In this document: positions 10,861 through 19,629 of the stretch, piece after piece
How the letters are laid out: each line of letters opens with the position of its first letter
Position numbering within the stretch: the stretch's first letter is position 1
Source: an uncultured Solirubrobacterales bacterium
GTDB taxonomy: Bacteria > Actinomycetota > Thermoleophilia > Solirubrobacterales > 70-9
NCBI GenBank assembly: GCA_963801055.1
Contig: CAWDDE010000003.1
Coordinates: 68,920 to 132,919, forward strand
DNA: 64,000 nucleotides
Reading direction: 5' to 3'
Made by a program: the position numbers and the translations under genes
Notes under the pieces: model-generated
The model's input: only the letters and a program-made list of their open reading frames with translations
Told to the model about the DNA's origin: nothing
The model's database searches: none

Positions 10861-11646
10861 CTAGGCGGCGCCGCTGGGCGGCGGCTCGGAAACGGCGATC
10901 TCCCGATCGGCCGCCTCATCGGGCGGCCTGCCGAAGGCCCTCGCCAAGAGGACGCTCCCCTCGTACAGAAGAATCAGCGGGACCAGCTCGAGCAGCATGC
11001 TGATGGGATCCGTCCCGGGAAGGAGCATCGCGACGACGGCGAGGATTACGTACGCATAGCGGCGATTCTTCGAGAGCTGCTCGGGGGTGATGATCCCGAG
11101 CCTGGTGACCGCCAGGATCGCAATCGGGAGCTCGAAGATCAGGCCCATGACGGCGAGGGTCAGCGTGAAGAAGCTGTAGTAGTCCCGGGCCCGAACCTCG
11201 ATGTTGAACTGGGTGTCGTTGAAGTTCAGGAGGAACTTGGTCGCGGCCGGCAGGACCACGAAATACCCGAAGACGACCCCGGCGATGAACAGTCCGGGCG
11301 CCAGGATCAGGAACGGCACCACGTACCGCCGCTCGCGGGTGGTCAGCGCCGGGAGCAGGTAGGCATACGCCTGGTAGAGGATCACCGGCATGGAGATGAT
11401 CAGGGCGGCGTAGGCGGTGATCGTCACCGTGGTGGTGAAGGGCTCGGCGACGCCGAAGGTGATGGGGTTGCGGTCGCCGGGCAAAGGCGCGTTCGCGATG
11501 TCGAGCAGCCTGTCGTTCTGCCAGAAGCAGATGCCGAACGCCACGGCGAAGGCGACGATCGAGATGATGATCCGAGACCGGAGCTCGTCGAGGTGCTCGA
11601 CGAGCGTGAGCCGGTCCTCGAAGTCGACCGGCCGTAGCCGGGCCAT
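10861..11646 (-). CDS. tatC: Twin-arginine translocase subunit TatC
   Basis: LTLVEHLDELRSRIIISIVAF start followed by six hydrophobic segments. Sits directly downstream of tatA. Confidence 0.9.
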   Translation of the reverse strand: MARLRPVDFEDRLTLVEHLDELRSRIIISIVAFAVAFGICFWQNDRLLDIANAPLPGDRNPITFGVAEPFTTTVTITAYAALIISMPVILYQAYAYLLPALTTRERRYVVPFLILAPGLFIAGVVFGYFVVLPAATKFLLNFNDTQFNIEVRARDYYSFFTLTLAVMGLIFELPIAILAVTRLGIITPEQLSKNRRYAYVILAVVAMLLPGTDPISMLLELVPLILLYEGSVLLARAFGRPPDEAADREIAVSEPPPSGAA

Positions 11647-11649
11647 TGG

Positions 11650-11928
11650 CTACGCCTTGTGCTCGGTGACGATCTCGCCCTCGACAGGCTCCGCGGGCTT
11701 GTCGGTCGCGGCACCGGCCGCGGGCTGAGCTGGCTGCGCCTCGCTCGCCTGCAGCTCGGGACGCTTCTCCTCCGGGGAATCCTCATCCTTGTCCCCGGAG
11801 ATCGAGGCCTTGAACTCGCGGATACCACGCCCCATCGACTGGCCGAGCTCCGGCAGGCGCTTCGGCCCGAAGATGATCAGGACGATGATGAGAACGACGG
11901 CTATCTCCAGCGGTCCTATGTTGGGCAT
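11650..11928 (-). CDS. tatA: Twin-arginine translocase subunit TatA/E
   Basis: MPNIGPLEIAVVLIIVLIIFGPKRLPELGQSMGRGIREFK is the canonical TatA N-terminus. Confidence 0.9.
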   Translation of the reverse strand: MPNIGPLEIAVVLIIVLIIFGPKRLPELGQSMGRGIREFKASISGDKDEDSPEEKRPELQASEAQPAQPAAGAATDKPAEPVEGEIVTEHKA

Positions 11929-11965
11929 GCGCGGATGTTAGCGGCAGCCGACGGAACGCTGCGTA

Positions 11966-12568
11966 CTATCGCCTGCTGCGTGCGCGACCACCGTTGGGGT
12001 CGCGCCGCGGGAAATTGAGATAGAAGCGGCTGGCGGTGGGCTCCGCCTGACCCTGGTACTTGCTGCCCGCCTCTCGCGCGCCGTAGGCGTGCTCGACCGG
12101 GCCATCCATCCGCATGAATGAGATCTGGCCAATCGGCATGCCGTGGTAGATCGTGATCGGCAGGGTCGCGAGGTTCGAGAGCTCCAGGGTCAGATTCCCC
12201 TCGAATCCCGGATCGACGAAGCCGGCGGTGCTGTGGATCACCAGGCCGAGCCTGCCGAGCGAGGACTTGCCCTCCAGCCGGGCGACAAGGTCGTCGGGCA
12301 GCCGGACTCGCTCGAGCGTCTGGCCGAGCACGAACTCGCCCGGGTGCAGGACGAAGGGCTCCTCGCCCTCGACGGTGACCAGCTCGGTCAGGTTCTCCAT
12401 CGGCTCGCGCACGTCGATGTATGGGTAGCGCGAGTTGTTGAAGACCCGGAACGCCCGATCGACCCGCATGTCGACGCTCGAGGGCTGCACGAGCGCCTCG
12501 TCGTAGGGGTCGAAGACCAACCTGCCGGCGGCGATCTCCTCCTTGATCGTGCGGTCGCTGAGAACCAT
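11966..12568 (-). CDS. dcd: dCTP deaminase
   Basis: [12 protein letters not shown]..., [17 protein letters not shown] and [10 protein letters not shown] motifs. ATG at 12568 is preferred over the TTG at 12571. Confidence 0.9.
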   Translation of the reverse strand: MVLSDRTIKEEIAAGRLVFDPYDEALVQPSSVDMRVDRAFRVFNNSRYPYIDVREPMENLTELVTVEGEEPFVLHPGEFVLGQTLERVRLPDDLVARLEGKSSLGRLGLVIHSTAGFVDPGFEGNLTLELSNLATLPITIYHGMPIGQISFMRMDGPVEHAYGAREAGSKYQGQAEPTASRFYLNFPRRDPNGGRARSRR

Positions 12569-12645
12569 CAAGCCAGTCTATTCCCAGCAGTCTCGGCTTC
12601 CCCATGCGGATTCCCGCCGTCCGCAAACAGCCCCTTTCCCTCAGA

Positions 12646-13587
12646 TCATGAATACCGCTCGATGACCCCGTCCGCGATCATCTCGAGCAGCTGCCGCTCC
12701 TCGTTGGAGAAGCCGGTCGACCCGAGGAGCCCCTTGGCGCGCTTGATCCCCTGCTCGGCCCGGCCACGCACCTGATCGAGGGCGCCGGTGTCGGCGATCC
12801 GGTCGCAGAGCTCCTCCGCGGCGGACTGGTCGAGTCCTCGCAGCTCGGCGGCCTCGAGCACGGGGTCGCGCCGGCGAGCCAGGATCAGCGGCAGCGTCAC
12901 GGTGCCGTCGAGTAGATCCGTGCCACGGGCCTTCCCGGTCCTCTCGGGCGGCCCGGTGACGTCGAGCACGTCGTCGAGGAGCTGGAAGGCGAGCCCGATC
13001 TCGCGACCGAAAGAGGCGAGCTCCTCCGTCCCACGGGCTCCAGAGGCGAGGCGCCCGAGCCGGCAGGCCGACTCGAACAGCCGGGCGGTCTTCAGCGAGC
13101 AGCGCTCCAGATAGCGCTCCTCGGTGATCGAGGTGTCGTAGGCATCGCGGCGCTGCGCGAGCTCCCCGAGCGCGAGCGCGACGGATGCCGAGCTCAGCTC
13201 GATGACCTCGGGCTCGCCGCCGTCGACAGCGATCTCCGCGAAGGCGCGCGAGAAGAGCAGGTCCCCCACCCCGACGGCGCGGTCCCGGCCGGAGCGGGCG
13301 ACGACGGTGGGGCGCCCGCGTCGGACCGGTGCGCCGTCGAGGACGTCGTCGTGGACGAGCGTCGCCATGTGGACGAGCTCGACGGCGGTGGCCGCGCGGA
13401 TCGCGCGCTCGCCCGCGCCATCGCCGGCCGCCATCAGGACCAGGATGGGGCGCAACCTCTTGCCTCCAGCGGTGAGCGTCGCCTCGGCCTCCTTCCCCAG
13501 GGCCGGGCCGTGGCGACCGGAGAGCTCGGCGAGCCTGTCCTCGACCTGCGCAATCTTCGCGGGGAGCCAGGCGCTGGCAGCGTCCAT
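12646..13587 (-). CDS. Long-chain polyprenyl diphosphate synthase (menaquinone side chain)
   Basis: GGKRLRPILV, first DDxxD region LVHDDVLDGAPVRRGRPT, second FQLLDDVLD. The start is taken at MDAASAWL. Adjacent to menG/ubiE. Confidence 0.85.
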   Translation of the reverse strand: MDAASAWLPAKIAQVEDRLAELSGRHGPALGKEAEATLTAGGKRLRPILVLMAAGDGAGERAIRAATAVELVHMATLVHDDVLDGAPVRRGRPTVVARSGRDRAVGVGDLLFSRAFAEIAVDGGEPEVIELSSASVALALGELAQRRDAYDTSITEERYLERCSLKTARLFESACRLGRLASGARGTEELASFGREIGLAFQLLDDVLDVTGPPERTGKARGTDLLDGTVTLPLILARRRDPVLEAAELRGLDQSAAEELCDRIADTGALDQVRGRAEQGIKRAKGLLGSTGFSNEERQLLEMIADGVIERYS

Positions 13588-13622
13588 CACCGCCGTCACC
13601 GGAGGTGGCACCGAGGAGCGGG

Positions 13623-14372
13623 TCACGCGGCTCTCGTGGCGCTGTGGATGGCGACAATGCCGCCGGCGAGCAGGAGCCAACGGATCCCCTCGAAACCCGC
13701 GGCGTCGATCATCCCGGCGAGTTGCTCGGGCTCGGGAAAGGTGCGGACGGAGGTGGGCAGGTAGCTGTAGGCGTCCGGATCGCCCGCGAGCGTGCCGATC
13801 ACCGGGACCAGCCGGTCGAACCACAGCGAGTAGAAGGTCGCCAGCGGCTCGCGGTGCGGACGGGTGATCTCCAGGATCACCAGGTGGCCGCCCGGACGAA
13901 GCACCCGCGCCATCTCGGAGATCCCCCGCTCGAGGTCGGCGAGATTGCGCGCGCCGAAGCCGATCGAGACGGCGTCGAAGCTCAGGTCTCCGTAGGGGAG
14001 TTCGAGGGCATCGGCCCAGCCGAACTCCACCGGCAGGCCCTCCTCCCCGCTCTTCCGGCGGGCGAGCTCGAGCATCCGCTCGGAGAAGTCACAGCCGACC
14101 ACCCGCCCGTCCGGGCCGATCCGGCGGCGCAGCTCGAGCGCCAGATCCCCCGTGCCGCAGCAGACGTCGAGGGCGTCTGAGCCCGGACCGACCTCCGCTC
14201 GGTCGACGGCCCGCTCGCGCCACTGATGATGAAGCCCGGCGGTCATCGCCGAGTTCATCAGGTCGTAGACGCCCGCGATCCGGTCGAACATGCCCCGGAC
14301 CTCGCTCGCGAACTCCTCGGAGTCCCGGTCCGGAATGCTGCTCTGGGGCTCGGTGTCGGACGAGACACTCAT
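13623..14372 (-). CDS. menG: Demethylmenaquinone / ubiquinone-menaquinone C-methyltransferase
   Basis: FDRIAGVYDLMNSAMTAGLHHQWR, SAM motif LDVCCGTGDLA, and FGARNLAD. Confidence 0.9.
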   Translation of the reverse strand: MSVSSDTEPQSSIPDRDSEEFASEVRGMFDRIAGVYDLMNSAMTAGLHHQWRERAVDRAEVGPGSDALDVCCGTGDLALELRRRIGPDGRVVGCDFSERMLELARRKSGEEGLPVEFGWADALELPYGDLSFDAVSIGFGARNLADLERGISEMARVLRPGGHLVILEITRPHREPLATFYSLWFDRLVPVIGTLAGDPDAYSYLPTSVRTFPEPEQLAGMIDAAGFEGIRWLLLAGGIVAIHSATRAA

Positions 14373-14413
14373 CGGTTCGAGGTTACTTCGCCGGACCCGG
14401 CCAGAGGGCCGTG

Positions 14414-15115
14414 CTAGTTCAGCGAGGCGAGGTAGGCGGTGAGCGCCGCCTGCTTCTGAGGCGGGAGACCCGAGTAGGAGGGCATGATGCCCGGCCCGAC
14501 CACGAGCGAGCGCGCGATCGCGTTGCGCGGGACCCTGGCGCCGATGTGCGTCAGGTCTGGCCCGGGACCGTCATTGCCGTTGTCGCCGAGCTTGTGGCAG
14601 GCCAGGCAGCCGGACTGCGCGACGACCTCCTTTCCGGGTTCGAGCGCCGCCGAGGTCTTCAAATCGATCTCGCTCGGCGGGCCGGCGGTGGCGCCGAGGT
14701 AGGTCAGGTACGCCATCGCGATGATCGTCAGGATCCCCGCCGTGGTCGCGATCGGCCTGCGCTCGGGCCGCCGCTCCGGGTTGCGATCGTAGAAGGGGAG
14801 CAGCAGGAGCAGGACCATTGCGACGGTCGGAATGCCGATCGTCGCGATCGGAACGGCCCAGACCGGCTTGATCACCCGCAGCAGCTCGAAGAGGAAGAAG
14901 AAGTACCACTCGGGGCGCGGCGTATAGGTCGTGGTGGTCGGGTCGACCTTTGGGCCCTGCTCCGCGCCGAGCACGATCGACATCGCCACGATTACCAGCG
15001 CGACGACCAGCGCCATCGTCGAGTCCTTGAGCACGGCGTACGGGAAGAACGGCTTGCCCTTCTTCTTCAGGGCCTCGTAGTCGCGGAGGTAGGCCTCCTT
15101 CTCCCCCCTGTTCAA
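14414..15115 (-). CDS. qcrC: Menaquinol-cytochrome c reductase QcrC (subunit IV fused to mono-haem cytochrome c)
   Basis: The N-half PRPEWYFFFLFELLR is a b6f subunit-IV motif. The C-half carries CLACH haem-c binding and MPSY. The TTG start overlaps the qcrB stop (TTGA). Confidence 0.85.
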   Translation of the reverse strand: MNRGEKEAYLRDYEALKKKGKPFFPYAVLKDSTMALVVALVIVAMSIVLGAEQGPKVDPTTTTYTPRPEWYFFFLFELLRVIKPVWAVPIATIGIPTVAMVLLLLLPFYDRNPERRPERRPIATTAGILTIIAMAYLTYLGATAGPPSEIDLKTSAALEPGKEVVAQSGCLACHKLGDNGNDGPGPDLTHIGARVPRNAIARSLVVGPGIMPSYSGLPPQKQAALTAYLASLN

Positions 15116-15921
15116 CCCACTTCCTCCTGGCGCAGCGATTTCGGCCGCTCACCCCGCAGCCAGGGTGGGGCGGTCGTGCCGAGCTTGACCACCAGATAGA
15201 GGTGCGCCCCGATCAGGGCGATGATCAACCCCGGCACAAGCAGCATGTGGATGGCGTAGAACCGCGCCAGGGTGGTCGCCCCGATCTCGGGGCCGGCGCG
15301 CAGGAAGTCCGCGAGGTACGGCCCGACAATGGGCCCGGTGCCGGTGATGTTGTTGGCGACGATCGTCGCCCAGTAGGAGCGCTGGTCAAACGGGAGCAGG
15401 TAGCCGGTCAGACCCATGATCAGAGTGAGGATGAGGAGAGTCACCCCGATCACCCAGTTGAGCTCGCGCGGGTACTTGTAGGCGCCGAAGAAGAAGACCC
15501 GGCCCATGTGCAGGAAGATCACGATGATCATCACCGTGGCGCCCCACTTGTGCATCCCGCGGACGAACTCCCCCATCCAGACGTCGTTGGTGAGGTGGGT
15601 GATCGAGCCGTAGGCCTCCGTCGGCGAGGGCGTGTAGTACATCGCCAGGAAGACCCCAGTCAGCGCCTGGAAGGTGAACGCGAAGAGGGTGGCCGACCCG
15701 AGGGTGTAGAACCAGTTCGTGCCCTTGGGGACCTTTCGGTAAAGGAGCGCAGTGAGGAAGCTCGTGCTGCCGGTCCGCTCGTCCAGCCAGCCAACGACGT
15801 CGGTCCCCGCCTCCTTGGCGACTTCGGCCGGCCCGGCGCCATTGCCGCCCTTCGCGCCGTTGGTCCGTTCTCCCGGCTTGGCCGGGCGGCTGAGCGGTCC
15901 TGGTCTCGGAAGCTTCGGCAA
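15112..15921 (-). CDS. qcrB: Menaquinol-cytochrome c reductase cytochrome b6-type subunit QcrB
   Basis: FYTLGSATLFAFTFQALTGVFLAMYY, GMHKWGATVMIIVIFLHMGRVFFFGAY and ARFYAIHMLLVP. This is a short (split) cytochrome b. Confidence 0.9.
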   Translation of the reverse strand: MPKLPRPGPLSRPAKPGERTNGAKGGNGAGPAEVAKEAGTDVVGWLDERTGSTSFLTALLYRKVPKGTNWFYTLGSATLFAFTFQALTGVFLAMYYTPSPTEAYGSITHLTNDVWMGEFVRGMHKWGATVMIIVIFLHMGRVFFFGAYKYPRELNWVIGVTLLILTLIMGLTGYLLPFDQRSYWATIVANNITGTGPIVGPYLADFLRAGPEIGATTLARFYAIHMLLVPGLIIALIGAHLYLVVKLGTTAPPWLRGERPKSLRQEEVG

Positions 15922-15930
15922 GGCGGGCTC

Positions 15931-16629
15931 CTAAGGCGGTGGCGGCACCGAGGGCCGCGGGGGGTAGAGGTACTCCCAGACTCCGCCGGTGAACTCACCC
16001 GGGTCGCGGGCGCGAACCGGATCGAGGCTGTTGGTGACGCTGTAGCGAGGGCCGACCTCGACCTGCCCGTTGGTGACGCGGGTCTGGAAACGATCCAGCG
16101 GGCGCACGGGCGGCCCGCCGATCCGCTCGCCGACGAAGCCGTAGACGCCACCGTGGCAGGGGCAGATGAAGTTGCCCGCAGCCTGCACGAAGACAACGGG
16201 GCAGCCGAGGTGTGCGCAGCGGGTCGAGATCGCGATGTACTCGTTCGGGCTCTCCGGCGGGTAGCCCTTCTCCTTCGCCTCGGGTGAGTTCGTGATCTCC
16301 GGGTTGCCCTGCCGGATGTATGCCGTCGTCTTGCCGGTCTCGCCGATTCCCTCGACGGCTGTGATCACGACCGACCGGTAGGTGTCAGGGCTGAAGTCGG
16401 AGGTCGGACCGACCGCCTGCCAGGGCTCCGCCTCCTCCTCGAACAGAGGGGCGACGGCAAAGCCGACCGCCGGCAGCGCGACGGCGGCGACAGCCACCCC
16501 ACCGACCGCCTGGACGCCGATCGTGAGGGCGGTCCGGCGCGTCATCGACTCGCCTTGGAAGTAGCCGGCAGGCTCCGGGGTCGGCAGCCTCTGCGGTGCC
16601 CCCTGCTTGTCGTTTCCCTCGTCAGCCAC
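15931..16629 (-). CDS. qcrA: Rieske 2Fe-2S subunit QcrA
   Basis: CAHLGC and CPCHGG cluster boxes. The N-terminus MTRRTALTIG is Tat-like. Confidence 0.9.
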   Translation of the reverse strand: MADEGNDKQGAPQRLPTPEPAGYFQGESMTRRTALTIGVQAVGGVAVAAVALPAVGFAVAPLFEEEAEPWQAVGPTSDFSPDTYRSVVITAVEGIGETGKTTAYIRQGNPEITNSPEAKEKGYPPESPNEYIAISTRCAHLGCPVVFVQAAGNFICPCHGGVYGFVGERIGGPPVRPLDRFQTRVTNGQVEVGPRYSVTNSLDPVRARDPGEFTGGVWEYLYPPRPSVPPPP

Positions 16630-17242
16630 GTTCCGGGAGGTCCTCGCCGGCGAAGCCTATCGACTCGGATGCGAGCGCCAGAGCGTCGCCGAGGCCGGCC
16701 CGGCGGGCGGTTTCGCGAGCGTTTCGGAACAGCATTTCGGTCGCCTCGGGGTCGCCCCGGCGCAGCGCCTCCTTGGCCTTGGCGTGCTCCGGCGTCGCCC
16801 CGGCGGCCACCGCGACGCTCGCCGCGAGCCAGAGTGCGTGGACCCTGTCCGCGCCCGATCCAGGGCCGTCCTCGGCGTGTATCTGAGCGGCCAGGCTGAT
16901 CAGGTCGGCGAGCTCGACGACCGCCTCCATGTCGCCCCGCGCCGCCAGGCGCTCGAGGCCGAGCGCGTAGAGATAGTCGCCGGCGAGCAGACGTAGATCG
17001 GAATCCGCTCCCTCGATCAGCCGGGGCGTCTCGTAGTGCAGCAGGTAGCCCTCCCTGATTGCCTCGACCAGCAGCAGGTACTCGTCCGTGGCCCCGGCCG
17101 CCCGGGGACCGGCCGCCGCCAGCGACCCCAGCACGGGCTCCTCGTCGGAGTCCCGGACGTACGGCGAGATCACGTTCTGCCCATCTCGGAGGAGCGCCGC
17201 CAGGGCGGCGAGGGAGGTGCCATTCGCGGGCATGCGGGACAA
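16622..17242 (-). CDS. Hypothetical protein translationally coupled to qcrA
   Basis: 206-aa ORF whose stop overlaps the qcrA start by 8 nt. It contains LLAGDYLYALGLERLA, reminiscent of the helical core of polyprenyl synthases, but has no DDxxD motifs. Confidence 0.45.
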   Translation of the reverse strand: MSRMPANGTSLAALAALLRDGQNVISPYVRDSDEEPVLGSLAAAGPRAAGATDEYLLLVEAIREGYLLHYETPRLIEGADSDLRLLAGDYLYALGLERLAARGDMEAVVELADLISLAAQIHAEDGPGSGADRVHALWLAASVAVAAGATPEHAKAKEALRRGDPEATEMLFRNARETARRAGLGDALALASESIGFAGEDLPERG

Positions 17243-17263
17243 CGAGGTTAGACGCGGTCGCGC

Positions 17264-18529
17264 TCAGACGGCCTGCGGGAACGCCTCGGCTGCGGCCTCG
17301 ATCGTCCTATCGATCGTCTCGTCGTCGTGGACGAGCGAGGGGAACCAGGCTTCGAACTGCGAGGCGGGTGGATAGAGCCCGCGTTCGAGCAGCGCCCGGC
17401 AGAAGCGACCGTAGGCAGCGGTGTTGCAGGCGCTCGCCCCAGCGAAGTCGCGGACAGGCTCCGTGCTGAAGAAGACGGTGAGGAGCCCCGGCACGCTGCT
17501 TACCTGGACGGGGCGATCCCCGGCCGCCTCACGTAGCCCGGCCGCCAGCCGCTCCGTGATCGAGGCGAGACCGATGTATGCGGCTCGGTCGAGCTTGCGC
17601 AGGGTGGCCAGCCCAGCGGCGACCGCGAGCGGATTGCCCGAGAGGGTCCCGGCCTGGTAGACGTCGCCGGCCGGGGCGACCCGCTCCATCAGCTCGCGGC
17701 TACCGCCATAGGCCGCGGCCGGCAGCCCGCCGCCGAGCACCTTGCCCATCACGGTCAGGTCGGCGTCGATGCCGAGCAGCTCCTGCGCCCCGCCGCGTGC
17801 CACCCGGAAGCCGCTGATCACCTCGTCGAGGATGAGCAGAGCGCCTGCCTCGGCGGTCGCGTCGCGGAGATGCTCGAGGAATCCCGGATCCGGTGGGACC
17901 ACTCCCATGTTGGCGGGCACAGGCTCCGCGATCACCGCCGCCGGCTGGGTCGTCGCGATCGCATCTGCCACGGCCTCCTCGTCGTTCCACGGAACGATCA
18001 ACGTGTCCGAGGCCTGCGCCTCGGTGACGCCGGGGCTCGCCGGGACCCCGGCCGTGGCGAGACCGGAGCCGGCCTCCGCCAGCAGACCGTCGACGTGGCC
18101 GTGATAGGCGCCCGCGAACTTGACGATCTTGCTGCGGCCGGTGACCGCCCGGGCGAGACGGAGAGCCGACATGGTCGCCTCGGTGCCCGAGCTCGTCATT
18201 CGCACCATCTCGACGCTCGCGAAGCGATTTGCGACCTCCTCGGCGAGCTCCACCTCGTCCGCGGTCGGCGCCCCGTAGCTCGTGCCGCGGCTCGCGGCCG
18301 CGGCAATGGCCTCGACCACCAGCGGGTCGGCGTGGCCCAGGATCAGCGGCCCCCATGACGAGACCCAGTCGACGTAGCGGTTACCGTCGACGTCCCAGAT
18401 GTAGGGGCCCTCTCCGCGCTCGATGAAGATCGGGCTGCGCCCGATCTGCTTCATCGCCCGCACCGGCGAGTTGACCCCTCCGGGCAGGACCTCCTGTGCT
18501 CGCCGGTACAGCTCCTCTGACCGGCTTAT
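17264..18529 (-). CDS. hemL: Glutamate-1-semialdehyde 2,1-aminomutase (apparent ATA start; ORF-track GTG at 18463 is internal)
   Basis: SPIFIERGEGPYIWDVDGNRYVDWV, GPLILGH and SGTEATMSALRLAR. The conserved N-terminus SRSEELYRRAQEVLPGGVNSPVRA is read in frame upstream of the ORF-track start. The only start-like codon is ATA at 18527-18529, in an ATAA overlap with the upstream stop. Confidence 0.85.
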   Translation of the reverse strand: MSRSEELYRRAQEVLPGGVNSPVRAMKQIGRSPIFIERGEGPYIWDVDGNRYVDWVSSWGPLILGHADPLVVEAIAAAASRGTSYGAPTADEVELAEEVANRFASVEMVRMTSSGTEATMSALRLARAVTGRSKIVKFAGAYHGHVDGLLAEAGSGLATAGVPASPGVTEAQASDTLIVPWNDEEAVADAIATTQPAAVIAEPVPANMGVVPPDPGFLEHLRDATAEAGALLILDEVISGFRVARGGAQELLGIDADLTVMGKVLGGGLPAAAYGGSRELMERVAPAGDVYQAGTLSGNPLAVAAGLATLRKLDRAAYIGLASITERLAAGLREAAGDRPVQVSSVPGLLTVFFSTEPVRDFAGASACNTAAYGRFCRALLERGLYPPASQFEAWFPSLVHDDETIDRTIEAAAEAFPQAV

Positions 18530-19629
18530 GAGTTCTCAGCCTCCCAGCGGGCGTAGTCCTCGGTGAAGTAGTGGAGGCGGATCTTCTTGAACTCGGTCGA
18601 GGAGTAGAGCACCGCGCGATCGTCGCCATGGAGATCGTGCTGATCGGCGATCCCGTCGAGGATCGCGTCGCACTCCTCCTTCGAGCGACCGTGAGCCATG
18701 GTGAAGACGCTGTAGGGCCAGTCTGCGTAGGTCGGTCGCTGGTAGCAGTGGGAGATGCCTCGCACCGCCGCCATCCGGGCCCCCACGTCGAGGATCTGAT
18801 CCTCGGGGACGCGCCAGACGCCCATCCCGTTGGCCGAGAAGCCGGCACGCCGGTGGTAGAGGATCGCCGCGACTCGCCTGAGCAGCTTGCGGTCGACCAT
18901 CCCGGCGAGGTGGGTGAGAAAGGCATCGGTGCTCATCCCGACCTCGCCGGCGGCCGCATCGTAGGGCCGGTCCGTGACCTCCATCGGGCCCTGGAGGGCG
19001 CGGATCACGGCCACGTCGCGGTCGTCGTAGGGCTGGCGCTCGAGCTCGCGGGGCGGCGCGGCCTCGACGGCGGCGGCGAGGTCCTCGGTGCCGCCCTCCA
19101 TCTCGAGGTTCATGTTGATCTTGAAGAGCGTCAGGGTGGGCAGCTGGCGGATCGACTCCGCAGCGGTGAGGCGCTGCAGCACCTCGAGCGTCCCATCGAG
19201 CCCGAGCTCGGAGTCCGGAGGCGTCGCGATCGTGAACCAGAGGTTGAACTCGTGCGTTCGCAGGTAGTTATGGGAGACGCCCGGGTGGGAGTTGATGATC
19301 CGCGCGGCCCGGTGGGGGCTCCCCGAGTCGACCTTTGCCGCAACCAGCATCGAGCTGTATCCGAGCGCGCGCGTGTCGAATATCGGCGTGATCTCGCGGA
19401 TGATCCGCTCGTCCAAGAGGCGCTGGGTGCGGGCCTTGACCTCACCGGGCGCAAGCTCGGCCTCCGCGGCGATCAGCTCGAATGGCTCGGGCTGGAGCGG
19501 AAAGCTCGACTGAAGCAGGTTCATCAGCCGCTTGTCGGCCTCGTCCAGGGGAACCGCAGCGCCACCCGCCCGCGAGCGGAGCTTCGGCTTTACCGTCGCC
19601 GTGGTGATCCCGTCGCTGGGTTTGTTCAC
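18526..19629 (-). CDS. Fused AsnC/Lrp-like siroheme decarboxylase-type protein (AhbA/AhbB, NirD/L family)
   Basis: Two tandem halves, each with the family signature: SHPGVSHNYLRTHEFNLWFT and VRGISHCYQRPTYADWPYSVFTMAHG. Located between hemL and hemB. Confidence 0.6.
   Translation of the reverse strand: MNKPSDGITTATVKPKLRSRAGGAAVPLDEADKRLMNLLQSSFPLQPEPFELIAAEAELAPGEVKARTQRLLDERIIREITPIFDTRALGYSSMLVAAKVDSGSPHRAARIINSHPGVSHNYLRTHEFNLWFTIATPPDSELGLDGTLEVLQRLTAAESIRQLPTLTLFKINMNLEMEGGTEDLAAAVEAAPPRELERQPYDDRDVAVIRALQGPMEVTDRPYDAAAGEVGMSTDAFLTHLAGMVDRKLLRRVAAILYHRRAGFSANGMGVWRVPEDQILDVGARMAAVRGISHCYQRPTYADWPYSVFTMAHGRSKEECDAILDGIADQHDLHGDDRAVLYSSTEFKKIRLHYFTEDYARWEAENS

Noticed and set aside
9960-10919. 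The 319-aa ORF-track reading of 9960..10919, whose N-terminus overlaps the 3' end of tatC.
   Set aside because: The N-terminal 95 aa (Arg/Pro/Ser-rich) look non-coding. The real N-terminus with a TM anchor is in the neighbouring frame (10324..10830), joined by one frame break.
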